From Escherichia coli (lineage in GTDB: Bacteria > Pseudomonadota > Gammaproteobacteria > Enterobacterales > Enterobacteriaceae), in assembly GCF_016026235.1 (NCBI RefSeq), contig NZ_CP065613.1: a stretch of 64,000 nt of DNA; one strand, 5' to 3'. Of this stretch, positions 45,209-57,220 are shown piece after piece (position 1 is the first letter of the stretch; each line of letters opens with the position of its first letter). Made by a program: the position numbers and the translations under genes. The notes under the pieces were generated by a model that saw only the letters and a program-made list of their open reading frames with translations, did no database searches and was not told the DNA's origin.

Positions 45209-45797
45209 ATTCGCTAACGTCGCGTCTTGCACTCTTCGGTCTGAATGCAGCAACCACTTCTGGTGCCGTTTCAACGTATGGCCCTTCCAGCAACTGAATG
45301 CAGTACGGTACGCTGGCAAAAATACCGTGTACCACAACGTTACCCTCAGCGTCCTTCACACCTTCCAGCGTCTCTTTAATAGACTTCGGCTGACCGGGTA
45401 AGTTAAGGATCAGCGCCTGTTTGCGAATCACACCCACCTGACGCGAAAGGATCGCAGTTGGTACAAAATGCAGGCTGATCTGACGCATCTGTTCACCAAA
45501 GCCAGGCATCTCGCGGTCCGCTACTGCCAGCGTCGCATCGGGCGTTACGTCACGACGCGCCGGGCCAGTTCCGCCCGTGGTGAGCACCAGATGGCAACTC
45601 ATTTCATCCACCAGCTCACACAACGTTTGTTCGATGATCGCCTGCTCATCGGGGATTAAGCGGGTTTCCAGTTCAAACGGCGTGGTTAGCGCCGATGTCA
45701 GCCATTCTTCCAGCGCAGGGATGCCTTTATCCTGATAAACGCCGCTGGATGCGCGATCAGAGATGGAAACTAAGCCAATACGTAAAGTATTCATCAA
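45207..45797 (-). CDS. mog: molybdopterin adenylyltransferase Mog
   Basis: 196-aa MoaB/MogA-fold product (TTGGTG motif). Confidence 0.92.
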   Translation of the reverse strand: MMNTLRIGLVSISDRASSGVYQDKGIPALEEWLTSALTTPFELETRLIPDEQAIIEQTLCELVDEMSCHLVLTTGGTGPARRDVTPDATLAVADREMPGFGEQMRQISLHFVPTAILSRQVGVIRKQALILNLPGQPKSIKETLEGVKDAEGNVVVHGIFASVPYCIQLLEGPYVETAPEVVAAFRPKSARRDVSE

Positions 45798-45908
45798 GAT
45801 TTTTCCGTTTAAACAGTCTCGTTAAACAGAATGATACACTGCGAAGGGAGTGACAGACAGGCTTCAGAAGAGGTAGCGTGACCGACTTCCCGGTCACGCT
45901 AAGAATGA

Positions 45909-46862
45909 TTACAGCAGATCGCCGATCATTTTTTCCAGTTTTTCCTGGTCAATAGCAAACTTACGGATACCTTCCGCCAGTTTATCTACTGCCATTGGAT
46001 CCTGGTTGTGCTGCCACAGGAACTCGGACTCAGTGATACGCGCCGGACGCGCTTTCACTTCGCCGGTGTAAGACAGTTTACGTTCGATAGCCCCTTCGCT
46101 CTCCGCCAGCTCTTTCAGCAGTGCCGGTGCGATGGTCAGACGGTCGCAGCCTGCCAGTTCCAGAATTTCGCCGATGTTACGGAAGCTTGCGCCCATAACC
46201 ACGGTTTCATAACCGTGCTCTTTGTAGTACTGGTAGATTTCAGATACAGAAACCACGCCCGGATCTTCTGCCGGAGCGTACTCTTTCTTATCGGTATTCG
46301 CTTTGTACCAGTCAAGAATACGGCCAACAAACGGCGAGATCAGGAACACGCCCGCTTCCGCACAAGCACGAGCCTGAGCGAAGGAGAACAGCAGGGTCAG
46401 GTTACAGTTGATGCCTTCTTTTTCCAGCTGTTCTGCAGCACGGATACCCTGCCAGGTAGAAGCCAGTTTGATCAGAATACGATCGTTGCTAATACCTGCA
46501 TCGTTGTAAAGTTTGATCAGGCGTTTTGCTTTCGCAATTGACGCTTCGGTGTCATAGGAAAGACGCGCATCAACTTCAGTTGAGATACGGCCCGGAACCA
46601 GTTTCAGGATTTCCAGACCAATATTTACTGCCAGTTTGTCGGTCGCGTCCACGATCTGCTGCGCGCGATCGTTGCTCTGCTGTTTCGCCCAGGCGACAGC
46701 ATCATCAATCAACTTACGATATTCCGGAATCTGCGCTGCGTTAAGAATGAGAGAAGGGTTGGTTGTGGCATCCTGCGGTTGATACAGCTTCATTGCCGCG
46801 ATGTCCCCAGTGTCGGCCACTACGGTGGTGTACTGACGAAGGGAGGTCAATTTGTCCGTCAT
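45909..46862 (-). CDS. talB: transaldolase B
   Basis: Start at [13 protein letters not shown] giving 317 aa. Confidence 0.95.
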
Positions 46863-47140
46863 GATAGTATTTCTCTTTAAACAGCTTGTTAGGGGGATGT
46901 AACCGGTCTGCCCTGATGATATCACGACGCAACGTCAGCGCAACCGCCGACAAGACGGTTATCGCCAGGCGAGACTGTTTCGGATTTCTGACACTGCGTT
47001 GATATCGCCCGCCATTTTTATACAAAACCTCATGTATGCTACGCAGAAGTTATCAAGTACCTCGTAGCGTATATACTTCTTAAACAATTGGTAACGTTTA
47101 CACAGGAAAGTCATCGCGACCGGCAATAAGAGGGATATGC

Positions 47141-48571
47141 ATGCCAGATTTTTTCTCCTTTATTAACAGCGTCCTTTGGGGATCGGTAATGATTTACCTG
47201 CTCTTCGGCGCAGGTTGTTGGTTCACTTTTCGCACCGGATTTGTGCAGTTTCGCTACATCCGCCAGTTTGGCAAAAGTCTTAAAAATAGCATTCATCCAC
47301 AGCCAGGCGGTTTAACCTCATTTCAGTCATTGTGTACCAGTCTTGCGGCGCGCGTGGGTAGCGGCAACCTGGCCGGCGTTGCGCTGGCAATTACCGCCGG
47401 TGGACCTGGAGCCGTCTTTTGGATGTGGGTTGCCGCGTTTATCGGCATGGCGACCTCGTTTGCCGAATGTTCTCTGGCACAACTTTATAAAGAACGTGAC
47501 GTCAATGGACAGTTTCGTGGCGGACCGGCATGGTATATGGCGCGCGGGCTGGGGATGCGTTGGATGGGCGTTCTGTTCGCCGTCTTTTTGCTCATCGCCT
47601 ATGGCATAATTTTCAGCGGAGTTCAGGCGAACGCCGTTGCCCGCGCCCTAAGTTTTTCTTTTGATTTTCCTCCGCTGGTGACAGGCATTATTCTCGCTGT
47701 CTTTGCTCTGCTGGCAATCACTCGCGGTCTTCATGGCGTCGCCCGGCTCATGCAGGGGTTTGTCCCGTTGATGGCGATAATCTGGGTGCTGACCAGCATG
47801 GTGATTTGCGTAATAAATATCGGGCAACTTCCCCACGTCATTTGGTCTATTTTTGAGAGTGCTTTTGGCTGGCAGGAAGCGGCAGGCGGCGCGGCGGGAT
47901 ATACCTTAAGCCAGGCGATTACTAACGGTTTTCAGCGCAGTATGTTTTCCAATGAGGCGGGAATGGGTTCGACGCCAAACGCGGCAGCGGCAGCGGCGTC
48001 CTGGCCTCCGCATCCGGCAGCGCAAGGGATTGTCCAGATGATTGGCATTTTTATCGACACCCTGGTCATCTGTACGGCAAGCGCCATGCTGATATTACTG
48101 GCGGGTAACGACACAACCTACATGCCGCTGGAAGGTATTCAGCTTATCCAGAAGGCGATGCGGGTGCTAATGGGTTCCTGGGGTGCTGAGTTTGTTACCC
48201 TCGTGGTTATTCTGTTTGCCTTCAGCTCCATCGTTGCCAACTACATTTATGCCGAAAACAATCTCTTCTTTTTACGCCTGAACAACCCTAAAGCGATCTG
48301 GTGTTTGCGGATCTGCACCTTCGCAACGGTCATCGGCGGCACCTTGCTAAGCCTTCCGCTGATGTGGCAATTGGCAGATATCATAATGGCCTGCATGGCT
48401 ATTACCAATTTGACCGCCATTTTACTGCTCTCGCCTGTGGTTCATACCATTGCCAGTGATTATCTACGCCAGCGTAAACTCGGCGTGCGCCCGGTGTTTG
48501 ATCCGTTGCGTTATCCGGATATCGGTCGCCAGCTTTCTCCGGACGCGTGGGATGATGTTTCGCAGGAGTAA
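47141..48571 (+). CDS. yaaJ: sodium:alanine symporter family transporter YaaJ
   Basis: 476-aa polytopic membrane protein. Confidence 0.9.
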   Translation: MPDFFSFINSVLWGSVMIYLLFGAGCWFTFRTGFVQFRYIRQFGKSLKNSIHPQPGGLTSFQSLCTSLAARVGSGNLAGVALAITAGGPGAVFWMWVAAFIGMATSFAECSLAQLYKERDVNGQFRGGPAWYMARGLGMRWMGVLFAVFLLIAYGIIFSGVQANAVARALSFSFDFPPLVTGIILAVFALLAITRGLHGVARLMQGFVPLMAIIWVLTSMVICVINIGQLPHVIWSIFESAFGWQEAAGGAAGYTLSQAITNGFQRSMFSNEAGMGSTPNAAAAAASWPPHPAAQGIVQMIGIFIDTLVICTASAMLILLAGNDTTYMPLEGIQLIQKAMRVLMGSWGAEFVTLVVILFAFSSIVANYIYAENNLFFLRLNNPKAIWCLRICTFATVIGGTLLSLPLMWQLADIIMACMAITNLTAILLLSPVVHTIASDYLRQRKLGVRPVFDPLRYPDIGRQLSPDAWDDVSQE

Positions 48572-48640
48572 TCACAACTATCGATCAACTCATTCTCTTT
48601 TTTTGCTAAAGTCGGCATAAATTTCCTGCAAGGACTGGAT

Positions 48641-49417
48641 ATGCTGATTCTTATTTCACCTGCGAAAACGCTTGATTACCAAAGCCCGTTGACCACCACG
48701 CGCTATACGCTGCCGGAGCTGTTAGACAATTCCCAGCAGTTGATCCATGAAGCGCGGAAACTGACGCCTCCGCAGATTAGCACGCTGATGCGCATCAGCG
48801 ACAAACTGGCGGGTATCAACGCCGCTCGCTTTCATGACTGGCAGCCAGATTTCACGCCGGAGAATGCCCGCCAGGCGATTCTGGCGTTTAAAGGTGATGT
48901 CTACACCGGCTTGCAGGCCGAAACCTTCAGCGAAGACGATTTCGATTTTGCCCAACAGCATTTGCGAATGCTTTCCGGCTTGTATGGCGTACTGCGCCCG
49001 CTCGATTTAATGCAGCCTTATCGTCTGGAAATGGGGATCCGTCTTGAGAATGCCCGAGGGAAAGATCTGTATCAATTCTGGGGAGATATCATCACCAACA
49101 AGCTGAACGAGGCGCTCGCAGCACAAGGCGATAATGTGGTGATTAATCTGGCGTCAGATGAGTATTTTAAATCGGTGAAGCCGAAGAAATTGAATGCCGA
49201 GATTATCAAGCCGGTGTTCCTCGATGAGAAGAACGGCAAATTTAAGATAATCAGCTTCTACGCTAAGAAAGCACGCGGTCTGATGAGTCGTTTTATTATT
49301 GAAAATCGGCTGACCAAACCAGAGCAACTGACAGGTTTTAATAGCGAAGGTTACTTCTTTGATGAAGCTTCCTCCAGCAATGGCGAACTGGTGTTTAAAC
49401 GCTACGAGCAGCGTTAA
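48641..49417 (+). CDS. yaaA: peroxide stress protein YaaA (DUF328)
   Basis: 258-aa ORF in conserved synteny. Confidence 0.9.
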   Translation: MLILISPAKTLDYQSPLTTTRYTLPELLDNSQQLIHEARKLTPPQISTLMRISDKLAGINAARFHDWQPDFTPENARQAILAFKGDVYTGLQAETFSEDDFDFAQQHLRMLSGLYGVLRPLDLMQPYRLEMGIRLENARGKDLYQFWGDIITNKLNEALAAQGDNVVINLASDEYFKSVKPKKLNAEIIKPVFLDEKNGKFKIISFYAKKARGLMSRFIIENRLTKPEQLTGFNSEGYFFDEASSSNGELVFKRYEQR

Positions 49418-49424
49418 GTTTGCA

Positions 49425-49560
49425 GTCAATGCCGGATGCGGCGTGAACGCCTTATCCGGCCTACAAAAGCATGCAGATTCAATATATTGCAGAATTCACG
49501 TAGGCCTGATAAGACGCGCCAGCGTCGCATCAGGCGCTGAATGCCGGATTGTTACCCGGC
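49425..49560. repeat. REP/BIME palindromic repeat cluster
   Basis: GCCGGATGCGGCGTGAACGCCTTATCCGGCCTAC and an inverted partner GTAGGCCTGATAAGACGCGCCAGCGTCGCATCAGGC. Confidence 0.65.
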
Positions 49561-49569
49561 ATTTGTCAT

Positions 49570-49866
49570 TTAGCGGTGATGTTTGCCTGGACCATGACCG
49601 CCGTGATGATCATGAGGAGCTTTCTTATGGTGGCGCGGCGGTGGCGGCGGTCCGTGTGGGTGCCAGCGATTGCCTCGCCATTCATAATGTTGTTTCCACC
49701 AGCCGTGGTCGCGCCAGTGACCGCCATCCCAGTAATAGCCACGATTATCACGATCGCCTATCTGTAATTTTACTGACGGGACTAACGTAATTTCCGCAGC
49801 CTGTGCTGCCATGGGAGCGACCAGAACCAGGGAAAGTGCGAGTACGATAGATTGCATCTTTTTCAC
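49570..49866 (-). CDS. yaaX: DUF2502 secreted protein YaaX
   Basis: 98-aa ORF with signal peptide and His/Gly/Trp-rich repeats. Confidence 0.8.
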   Translation of the reverse strand: MKKMQSIVLALSLVLVAPMAAQAAEITLVPSVKLQIGDRDNRGYYWDGGHWRDHGWWKQHYEWRGNRWHPHGPPPPPRHHKKAPHDHHGGHGPGKHHR

Positions 49867-50079
49867 AGGTTACTCCTTTTATCATTGCCCGTTATGGGTC
49901 GATATCTGGAGATTACGCGATGAGAACGACGGTTGTTATTCTCCGCAATCCTAATCTCTAAGTTACCGCATTTATTGAGAATTTCTCCTTTTTCCCTGCC
50001 GTTTTTCTCCATAATTTCTTCATAAAAAAGCCGGGCTGCATAAAAGCAAACCCGGCCTGATTGAGATAATGAATAGATT

Positions 50080-51366
50080 TTACTGATGATTCATCATCAA
50101 TTTACGCAACGCAGCAAAATCGGCGGGCAGATTATGTGAAAGCAAGGGTAAATCAGCACGTTCTGCCAGCTCTTTTGGCAGATCCAACGTTTCACCGAGA
50201 ATCGCTTCCACGCTCTCTTTAAATTTCGCCGGATGCGCGGTGCCGAGGAACAAGCCATATTCGCCTGGATTCAACTGGTCACGCAGCGCACGATACGCTA
50301 CGGCAGCGTGCGGCTCCGAGGTGTAGCCCAGTTCTTTTAACTCACGCATTGTCTGTTGCGTGGTTTCATCATCCACGGCTGCATAACCCAGCTCTTTCAG
50401 TTGCCAGATTTTGCGGCGGAACAACTCTTCCACACGCGGCCAGTTGTTCGGCTGACTCACGTCCATCGCGTTGGATAACGTCGCCTGAGTCGCTTTGGGT
50501 GACCACTGACCGTCGTGCAGGAAACGTGGCACGGTATCGTTCACGTTGGTCGCAGCAATAAAACGTTTCACCGGCAGACCGAGTGACTTCGCCAGCAGAC
50601 CCGCCGTCAAATCGCCGAAGTTTCCGCTTGGCACCGAGACAACCAGCTGGTTGCGCGCTTCCTGCGGCAGCTGCGCAACTGCTTCAAAGTAGTAGCAAAT
50701 CTGCGCCAGCAAACGGCTGATGTTAATCGAGTTAGCCGAGTTTAACCCCAGCGCCACTTTCAGTTCTTCATCATCAAACGCCTGCTTCACCAGCGCCTGA
50801 CAGGCATCGAAATCGCCGTCGATGGCAACAGTTTCGATATTGCCGCCCAACGTACAGAACAGTTTTTCTTGCAGTGGACTGATTTTGCCTCGTGGATAGA
50901 GGATAACCACTTTCACATTCGGCAAACCGTAGAAAGCATGAGCCACTGCCGCTCCGGTATCACCGGAGGTCGCGGTCAGAATGGTCACTGGCTTATCGCC
51001 CGCAATATGGGTCAGCATTTGTGCCATAAAGCGACCGCCGAAATCTTTAAATGCCAGCGTTGGCCCGTGGAACAATTCCAGACAACCGACATCGCTTTCA
51101 ACATTGGCGACCGGAGCCGGGAAGGCAAACGCCGCGCGCACGCGCTCTTCCAGGATTTCCTGCGGGATTTCATCACCAATAAACGCCGAGAGGATCTTCG
51201 CACTGCGGGTGACAAAATCCAGCTTCAGCATCTCATCAATTTCAGTCAGGCTGAATTCCGGCAGGTCATGCGGAAAAAACAGCCCCTGATTTTTGCCCAA
51301 CCCCTGGGTTACGGCTTGCGCAAAGCTGACCTGCTCGTTGTGATCTTTCAGATTGTAGAGTTTCAT
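50080..51366 (-). CDS. thrC: threonine synthase
   Basis: 428-aa PLP enzyme; last gene of thrLABC. Confidence 0.97.
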   Translation of the reverse strand: MKLYNLKDHNEQVSFAQAVTQGLGKNQGLFFPHDLPEFSLTEIDEMLKLDFVTRSAKILSAFIGDEIPQEILEERVRAAFAFPAPVANVESDVGCLELFHGPTLAFKDFGGRFMAQMLTHIAGDKPVTILTATSGDTGAAVAHAFYGLPNVKVVILYPRGKISPLQEKLFCTLGGNIETVAIDGDFDACQALVKQAFDDEELKVALGLNSANSINISRLLAQICYYFEAVAQLPQEARNQLVVSVPSGNFGDLTAGLLAKSLGLPVKRFIAATNVNDTVPRFLHDGQWSPKATQATLSNAMDVSQPNNWPRVEELFRRKIWQLKELGYAAVDDETTQQTMRELKELGYTSEPHAAVAYRALRDQLNPGEYGLFLGTAHPAKFKESVEAILGETLDLPKELAERADLPLLSHNLPADFAALRKLMMNHQ

Positions 51367-52299
51367 TTAGTTTTCCAGTACTCGTGCGCCCGCCGTATCC
51401 AGCCGGCAAATATGAACAAAACCTTCCTGATTTTGCAGGTAGTTCTTACCCAACCAGTCGGCAACGCGCTGGGCGGTATCCGGCTTGTCACATAGAGCGA
51501 ACAAGGTCGGGCCGGAGCCGGAGATACCGCTCGCTACCGCGCCGATTTCCGCGACCGCCTGCCGCGCCTGCCGGAAGCCAGGCAGTAACCGTTCACGGTA
51601 GGGTTCAGCGATAACATCTTTCATCAGCTTCGCGGCAAGCTCAGGCTGACGGGAATAGCAGGCGTGAATGAAGCCAGCCAGATGTCGCCCGTGCGCAATG
51701 CAATCCTGGCGGCGATACTGCGCCGGTAAAATAGCCCGGGCTTCTGCCGTCGAGACTTTAATTCCCGGATACGCCAGCACCCACAGCCACTCATCAAACC
51801 CTGGCACTTGCTGGCTGATGATGTCGTTTTCTTCGATCATCAACTGCATACCACCAAGAAAACACGGTGCCACGTTGTCGTAATGAATGCTGCCGGAGAT
51901 ACGTCCTTCCAGCTCGCCCATCAAAGCCAGCAAACGGGTGTCATTAAGTGGCTTGCCGCAGTGTTCATTCATCGCCATCAGCGCCGCGACCACCGAACAG
52001 GCGCTGGAGCCTAAGCCCGAGCCGATCGGCATATTCTTTTCCAGAGTCATCGCCACTGGAATTTGCTTGCCCAGCTCCAGGCAAAAACGCTCCCAGCACT
52101 GATAAACGATATTTTCCCGTGGTTCTGACGGCAGCTTATCGGCAAAGCGTCCGAGGTTGTTGAGACTGAATGTCTCTGCCGCCTCAACCGTGACTACATC
52201 TCCGAGCAATGCACCATCAACGGGTGTCACCGCCGCCCCGAGCACATCAAACCCGACGCTCATATTGGCACTGGAAGCCGGGGCATAAACTTTAACCAT
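51367..52299 (-). CDS. thrB: homoserine kinase
   Basis: 310-aa GHMP kinase ([10 protein letters not shown] motif). Confidence 0.97.
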   Translation of the reverse strand: MVKVYAPASSANMSVGFDVLGAAVTPVDGALLGDVVTVEAAETFSLNNLGRFADKLPSEPRENIVYQCWERFCLELGKQIPVAMTLEKNMPIGSGLGSSACSVVAALMAMNEHCGKPLNDTRLLALMGELEGRISGSIHYDNVAPCFLGGMQLMIEENDIISQQVPGFDEWLWVLAYPGIKVSTAEARAILPAQYRRQDCIAHGRHLAGFIHACYSRQPELAAKLMKDVIAEPYRERLLPGFRQARQAVAEIGAVASGISGSGPTLFALCDKPDTAQRVADWLGKNYLQNQEGFVHICRLDTAGARVLEN

Positions 52300-52300
52300 G

Positions 52301-54763
52301 TCAGACTCCTAACTTCCATGAGAGGGTACGTAGCAGATCGGCAAAGACACCAGCAGCGGTAACGTCATTGCCCGCACCATATCCGCGCAGCACCAACGGC
52401 AGCGGCTGATAATAGTGGCTATAAAAGGCCAGGGCGTTTTCGCCATTTTTCACTTTGAACAGCGGATCATTCCCATCCACTTCGGCAATCTTCACGCGGC
52501 AGACACCATCTTCATCAATATTGCCAACATAGCGCAAAACTTTTCCTTCATCACGGGCCTTCGCCACGCGCGCGGCAAAGAGATCGTCGAGCTGTGACAG
52601 ATTCGCCATAAAAGCGGCAACATCACCCTCGGCGTTAAACTCTGCGGGCAGCACAGGTTCAATTTCAATATCCGCCAGCTCCAGTTCACGTCCCGTTTCA
52701 CGAGCGAGAATCAATAGTTTACGCGCCACATCCATACCAGAAAGATCATCTCGCGGGTCCGGTTCGGTATAACCCATTTCCCGCGCCAGCGTGGTCGCCT
52801 CGGAGAAACTCATGCCTTCGTCTAACTTGCCGAAGATATAAGAAAGCGAACCTGAAAGAATGCCGGAGAACTTCACCAATTCATCACCTGCATTGAGCAG
52901 ATTTTGCAGGTTCTCAATAACCGGTAATCCAGCCCCAACGTTGGTGTCATAGAGGAATTTACGCCGCGATTTTTCCGCCGCATAACGCAACTGATGATAG
53001 TAATCCATCGACGAGGTGTTGGCCTTTTTGTTCGGCGTGACAACGTGGAAACCTTCGCGCAGGAAGTCGGCATATTGATCCGCCACTGCCTGGCTGGAGG
53101 TGCAGTCAACAATGACCGGGTTCAGCAGATGATATTCTTTCACGAGGCGAATTAAGCGCCCGAGATTAAACGGCTCTTTGGCTTGTGCAAGTTCTTCCTG
53201 CCAGTTTTCCAGATTAAGGCCATGCACACTAGTGAGCAGAGCCTTCGAGTTGGCAACGCCGCAGACACGTAAGTCGATATGTTTATTCTTCAGCCAGCTT
53301 TGCTGACGCTTCAGTTGCTCCAGCAGCGCACCGCCAACGCCACCGACGCCAATCACAAACACTTCGATAACCTGATCGGTATTGAACAGCATCTGATGAG
53401 TAACGCGCACGCCAGTGGTCGCATCATCGTTATTTACCACGACAGAGATTGAGCGTTCAGAAGATCCCTGAGCAATGGCGACAATGTTGATATTGGCGCG
53501 GGCCAGCGCGGCAAAGAATTTCGCCGAGATCCCACGCAAGGTGCGCATACCATCACCTACCACCGAGATAATGGCCAGCCGTTCCGTCACCGCCAGCGGC
53601 TCCAGTAAGCCTTCTTTCAGTTCCAGGTAGAACTCTTCCTGCATTGCCCGTTCAGCCCGCACACAGTCGCTTTGCGGAACGCAGAAACTGATACTGTATT
53701 CGGAAGATGATTGCGTAATCAGCACCACGGAAATACGGGCGCGTGACATCGCGGCAAAGACGCGCGCCGCCATGCCGACCATTCCTTTCATCCCCGGGCC
53801 GGAAACGCTGAACATTGCCATGTTATTCAGATTGGAAATGCCCTTGACCGGTAATTCGCCTTCATCACGACTGGCACCAATGAGCGTACCTGGTGCTTGA
53901 GGATTTCCGGTATTTTTAATCAGGCAAGGGATCTGGAACTGGGCGATGGGGGTAATGGTGCGGGGGTGAAGAACTTTAGCGCCGAAGTAGGAAAGCTCCA
54001 TCGCTTCCTGGTAGGACATCGACTTCAACAACCTCGCATCGGGCACCTGACGCGGGTCGCAGGTATAGACCCCGTCAACGTCCGTCCAAATCTCGCAACA
54101 ATCGGCGCGTAAACAGGCAGCCAGCACCGCCGCGGAGTAGTCGGAACCGTTGCGTCCAAGTACCACCAGTTCGCCTTTTTCATTACCGGCGGTGAAGCCT
54201 GCCATCAGCACCATGTGATCAGCCGGAATACGACTTGCCGCAATACGGCGGGTGGACTCAGCAATATCGACGGTAGATTCGAGGTAATGCCCCACTGCCA
54301 GTAGTTTTTCGACCGGATCGATAACGGTAACGTTGTGACCACGCGCTTCTAACACGCCGGCCATAATGGCGATCGACATTTTCTCGCCACGGCAAATCAG
54401 CGCAGCGTTAATGCTATCCGGGCACTGCCCTAACAAACTAATGCCATGCAGGACATGTTTTATTTGGGCAAATTCCTGGTCGACGAAAGTTTTCAATTGC
54501 GCCAGCGGGAATCCCGGCTGGGCGGCGGCGAGTCCCGTCAAAAGTTCGGCAAAAATACGTTCGGCATCGCTGATATTGGGTAAAGCATCCTGGCCGCTAA
54601 TGGTTTTTTCAATCATCGCCACCAGGTGGTTGGTGATTTTGGCGGGGGCAGAGAGGACGGTGGCCACCTGCCCCTGCCTGGCATTGCTTTCCAGAATATC
54701 GGCAACCCGCAGAAAACGTTCTGCATTTGCCACTGATGTACCGCCGAACTTCAACACTCGCAT
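52301..54763 (-). CDS. thrA: bifunctional aspartokinase I / homoserine dehydrogenase I
   Basis: Start at [17 protein letters not shown] giving 820 aa. Confidence 0.97.
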   Translation of the reverse strand: MRVLKFGGTSVANAERFLRVADILESNARQGQVATVLSAPAKITNHLVAMIEKTISGQDALPNISDAERIFAELLTGLAAAQPGFPLAQLKTFVDQEFAQIKHVLHGISLLGQCPDSINAALICRGEKMSIAIMAGVLEARGHNVTVIDPVEKLLAVGHYLESTVDIAESTRRIAASRIPADHMVLMAGFTAGNEKGELVVLGRNGSDYSAAVLAACLRADCCEIWTDVDGVYTCDPRQVPDARLLKSMSYQEAMELSYFGAKVLHPRTITPIAQFQIPCLIKNTGNPQAPGTLIGASRDEGELPVKGISNLNNMAMFSVSGPGMKGMVGMAARVFAAMSRARISVVLITQSSSEYSISFCVPQSDCVRAERAMQEEFYLELKEGLLEPLAVTERLAIISVVGDGMRTLRGISAKFFAALARANINIVAIAQGSSERSISVVVNNDDATTGVRVTHQMLFNTDQVIEVFVIGVGGVGGALLEQLKRQQSWLKNKHIDLRVCGVANSKALLTSVHGLNLENWQEELAQAKEPFNLGRLIRLVKEYHLLNPVIVDCTSSQAVADQYADFLREGFHVVTPNKKANTSSMDYYHQLRYAAEKSRRKFLYDTNVGAGLPVIENLQNLLNAGDELVKFSGILSGSLSYIFGKLDEGMSFSEATTLAREMGYTEPDPRDDLSGMDVARKLLILARETGRELELADIEIEPVLPAEFNAEGDVAAFMANLSQLDDLFAARVAKARDEGKVLRYVGNIDEDGVCRVKIAEVDGNDPLFKVKNGENALAFYSHYYQPLPLVLRGYGAGNDVTAAGVFADLLRTLSWKLGV

Positions 54764-54791
54764 GGTTGTTACCTCGTTACCTTTGGTCGAA

Positions 54792-54828
54792 AAAAAAGCC
54801 CGCACTGTCAGGTGCGGGCTTTTTTCTG
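54792..54828 (-). terminator. thr operon attenuator terminator
   Basis: Minus-strand hairpin AAAAGCCCGCACCTGACAGTGCGGGCTTTTTTTT between thrL and thrA. Confidence 0.75.
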
Positions 54829-54843
54829 TGTTTCCTGTACGCG

Positions 54844-54912
<69 letters not shown>

Positions 54913-55122
54913 TGTTGTGTACTCTGTAATTTTTATCTGTCTGTGCGCTATGCCTATATTGGTTAAAGTATTTAGTGACCTAAGTCAATAAAATTTTAAT
55001 TTACTCACGGCAGGTAACCAGTTCAGAAGCTGCTATCAGACACTCTTTTTTTAATCCACACAGAGACATATTGCCCGTTGCAGTCAGAATGAAAAGCTGA
55101 AAAATACTTACTAAGGCGTTTT

Positions 55123-55809
55123 TTATTTGGTGATATTTTTTTCAATATCATGCAGCAAACGGTGCAACATTGCCGTGTCTCGTTGCTCTAAAAGCCCCAG
55201 GCGTTGCTGTAACCAGTCGACCAGTTTTATGTCATCTGCCACTGCCAGAGTCGTCAGCAATGCCATGACTCGTTCGCGTAAAGCTTGCAGTTGATGTTGG
55301 TCTGCCGTTGTGTCACTTTTCGCCGGTTGTTGTATTAATGTTGCTAATTGATAGCAATAGACCATCACCGCCTGCCCCAGATTGAGCGAAGGATAATCCG
55401 CCACCATCGGCACACCAGTAAGAACGTCAGCCAACGCTAACTCTTCGTTAGTCAGCCCGGAATCTTCGCGACCAAACACCAGCGCGGCATGGCTCATCCA
55501 TGAAGATTTTTCCTCTAACAGCGGCACCAGTTCTACTGGCGTGGCGTAGTAATGATATTTCGCCCGACTGCGCGCAGTGGTGGCGACAGTGAAATCGACA
55601 TCGTGTAACGATTCAGCCAGTGTTGGGAAAACTTTAATATTATCAATAACATCACCAGATCCATGTGCGACCCAGCGGGTGGCTGGCTCCAGGTGTGCCT
55701 GACTATCGACAATCCGCAGTTCGCTAAAACCCATCGTTTTCATTGCCCGCGCCGCTGCCCCAATATTTTCTGCTCTGGCGGGTGCGACCAGGATAATCGT
55801 TATACGCAT
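55123..55809 (-). CDS. yjtD: SpoU-type tRNA/rRNA methyltransferase YjtD (LasT)
   Basis: Start at MRITIILVAPARAENIGA giving 228 aa. Confidence 0.88.
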   Translation of the reverse strand: MRITIILVAPARAENIGAAARAMKTMGFSELRIVDSQAHLEPATRWVAHGSGDVIDNIKVFPTLAESLHDVDFTVATTARSRAKYHYYATPVELVPLLEEKSSWMSHAALVFGREDSGLTNEELALADVLTGVPMVADYPSLNLGQAVMVYCYQLATLIQQPAKSDTTADQHQLQALRERVMALLTTLAVADDIKLVDWLQQRLGLLEQRDTAMLHRLLHDIEKNITK

Positions 55810-56444
55810 ATTGCCACTCTTCTTGACCAAATAACCGCGAACAGGGTGATCACTGTCAACTTATTACGCGGTGCGAATTTACAAATTCTTAACGTAAGTC
55901 GCAGAAAAAGCCCTTTACTTAGCTTAAAAAAGGCTAAACTATTTCCTGACTGTACTAACGGTTTAATTGTTAAAAAATGCTACATATCCTTCTGTTTACT
56001 TAGGATAATTTTATAAAAAATAAATCTCGACAATTGGATTCACCACGTTTATTAGTTGTATGATGCAACTAGTTGGATTATTAAAATAATGTGACGAAAG
56101 CTAGCATTTAGATACGATGATTTCATCAAACTGTTAACGTGCTACAATTGAACTTGATATATGTCAACGAAGCGTAGTTTTATTGGGTGTCCGGCCCCTC
56201 TTAGCCTGTTATGTTGCTGTTAAAATGGTTAGGATGACAGCCGTTTTTGACACTGTCGGGTCCTGAGGGAAAGTACCCACGACCAAGCTAATGATGTTGT
56301 TGACGTTGATGGAAAGTGCATCAAGAACGCAATTACGTACTTTAGTCATGTTACGCCGATCATGTTAATTTGCAGCATGCATCAGGCAGGTCAGGGACTT
56401 TTGTACTTCCTGTTTCGATTTAGTTGGCAATTTAGGTAGCAAAC

Positions 56445-57161
56445 ATGCAGACCCCGCACATTCTTATCGTTGAAGACGAGTTGGTAACACGCAACACGTT
56501 GAAAAGTATTTTCGAAGCGGAAGGCTATGATGTTTTCGAAGCGACAGATGGCGCGGAAATGCATCAGATCCTCTCTGAATATGACATCAACCTGGTGATC
56601 ATGGATATCAATCTGCCGGGTAAGAACGGTCTTCTGTTAGCGCGTGAACTGCGCGAGCAGGCGAATGTTGCGTTGATGTTCCTGACTGGCCGTGACAACG
56701 AAGTCGATAAAATTCTCGGCCTCGAAATCGGTGCAGATGACTACATCACCAAACCGTTCAACCCGCGTGAACTGACGATTCGTGCACGCAACCTGCTGTC
56801 CCGTACCATGAATCTGGGTACTGTCAGCGAAGAACGTCGTAGCGTTGAAAGCTACAAGTTCAATGGTTGGGAACTGGACATCAACAGCCGTTCGTTGATC
56901 GGCCCTGATGGCGAGCAGTACAAGCTGCCGCGCAGCGAGTTCCGCGCCATGCTTCACTTCTGTGAAAACCCAGGCAAAATTCAGTCCCGTGCTGAACTGC
57001 TGAAGAAAATGACCGGCCGTGAGCTGAAACCACACGACCGTACTGTAGACGTGACGATCCGCCGTATTCGTAAACATTTCGAATCTACGCCGGATACGCC
57101 GGAAATCATCGCCACCATCCACGGTGAAGGTTATCGCTTCTGTGGTGATCTGGAAGATTAA
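56445..57161 (+). CDS. arcA: aerobic respiration control response regulator ArcA
   Basis: 238-aa OmpR-family response regulator beginning [12 protein letters not shown]. Confidence 0.97.
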
Positions 57162-57182
57162 TCGGCTTTTCCACCGTCAAAA

Positions 57183-57216
57183 AAAACGGCGCTTTTTAGC
57201 GCCGTTTTTATTTTTC
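57183..57216. terminator. bidirectional rho-independent terminator between convergent arcA and creD
   Basis: Hairpin AACGGCGC-TTTTTA-GCGCCGTT flanked by A-run and T-run. Confidence 0.6.
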
Positions 57217-57220
57217 AACC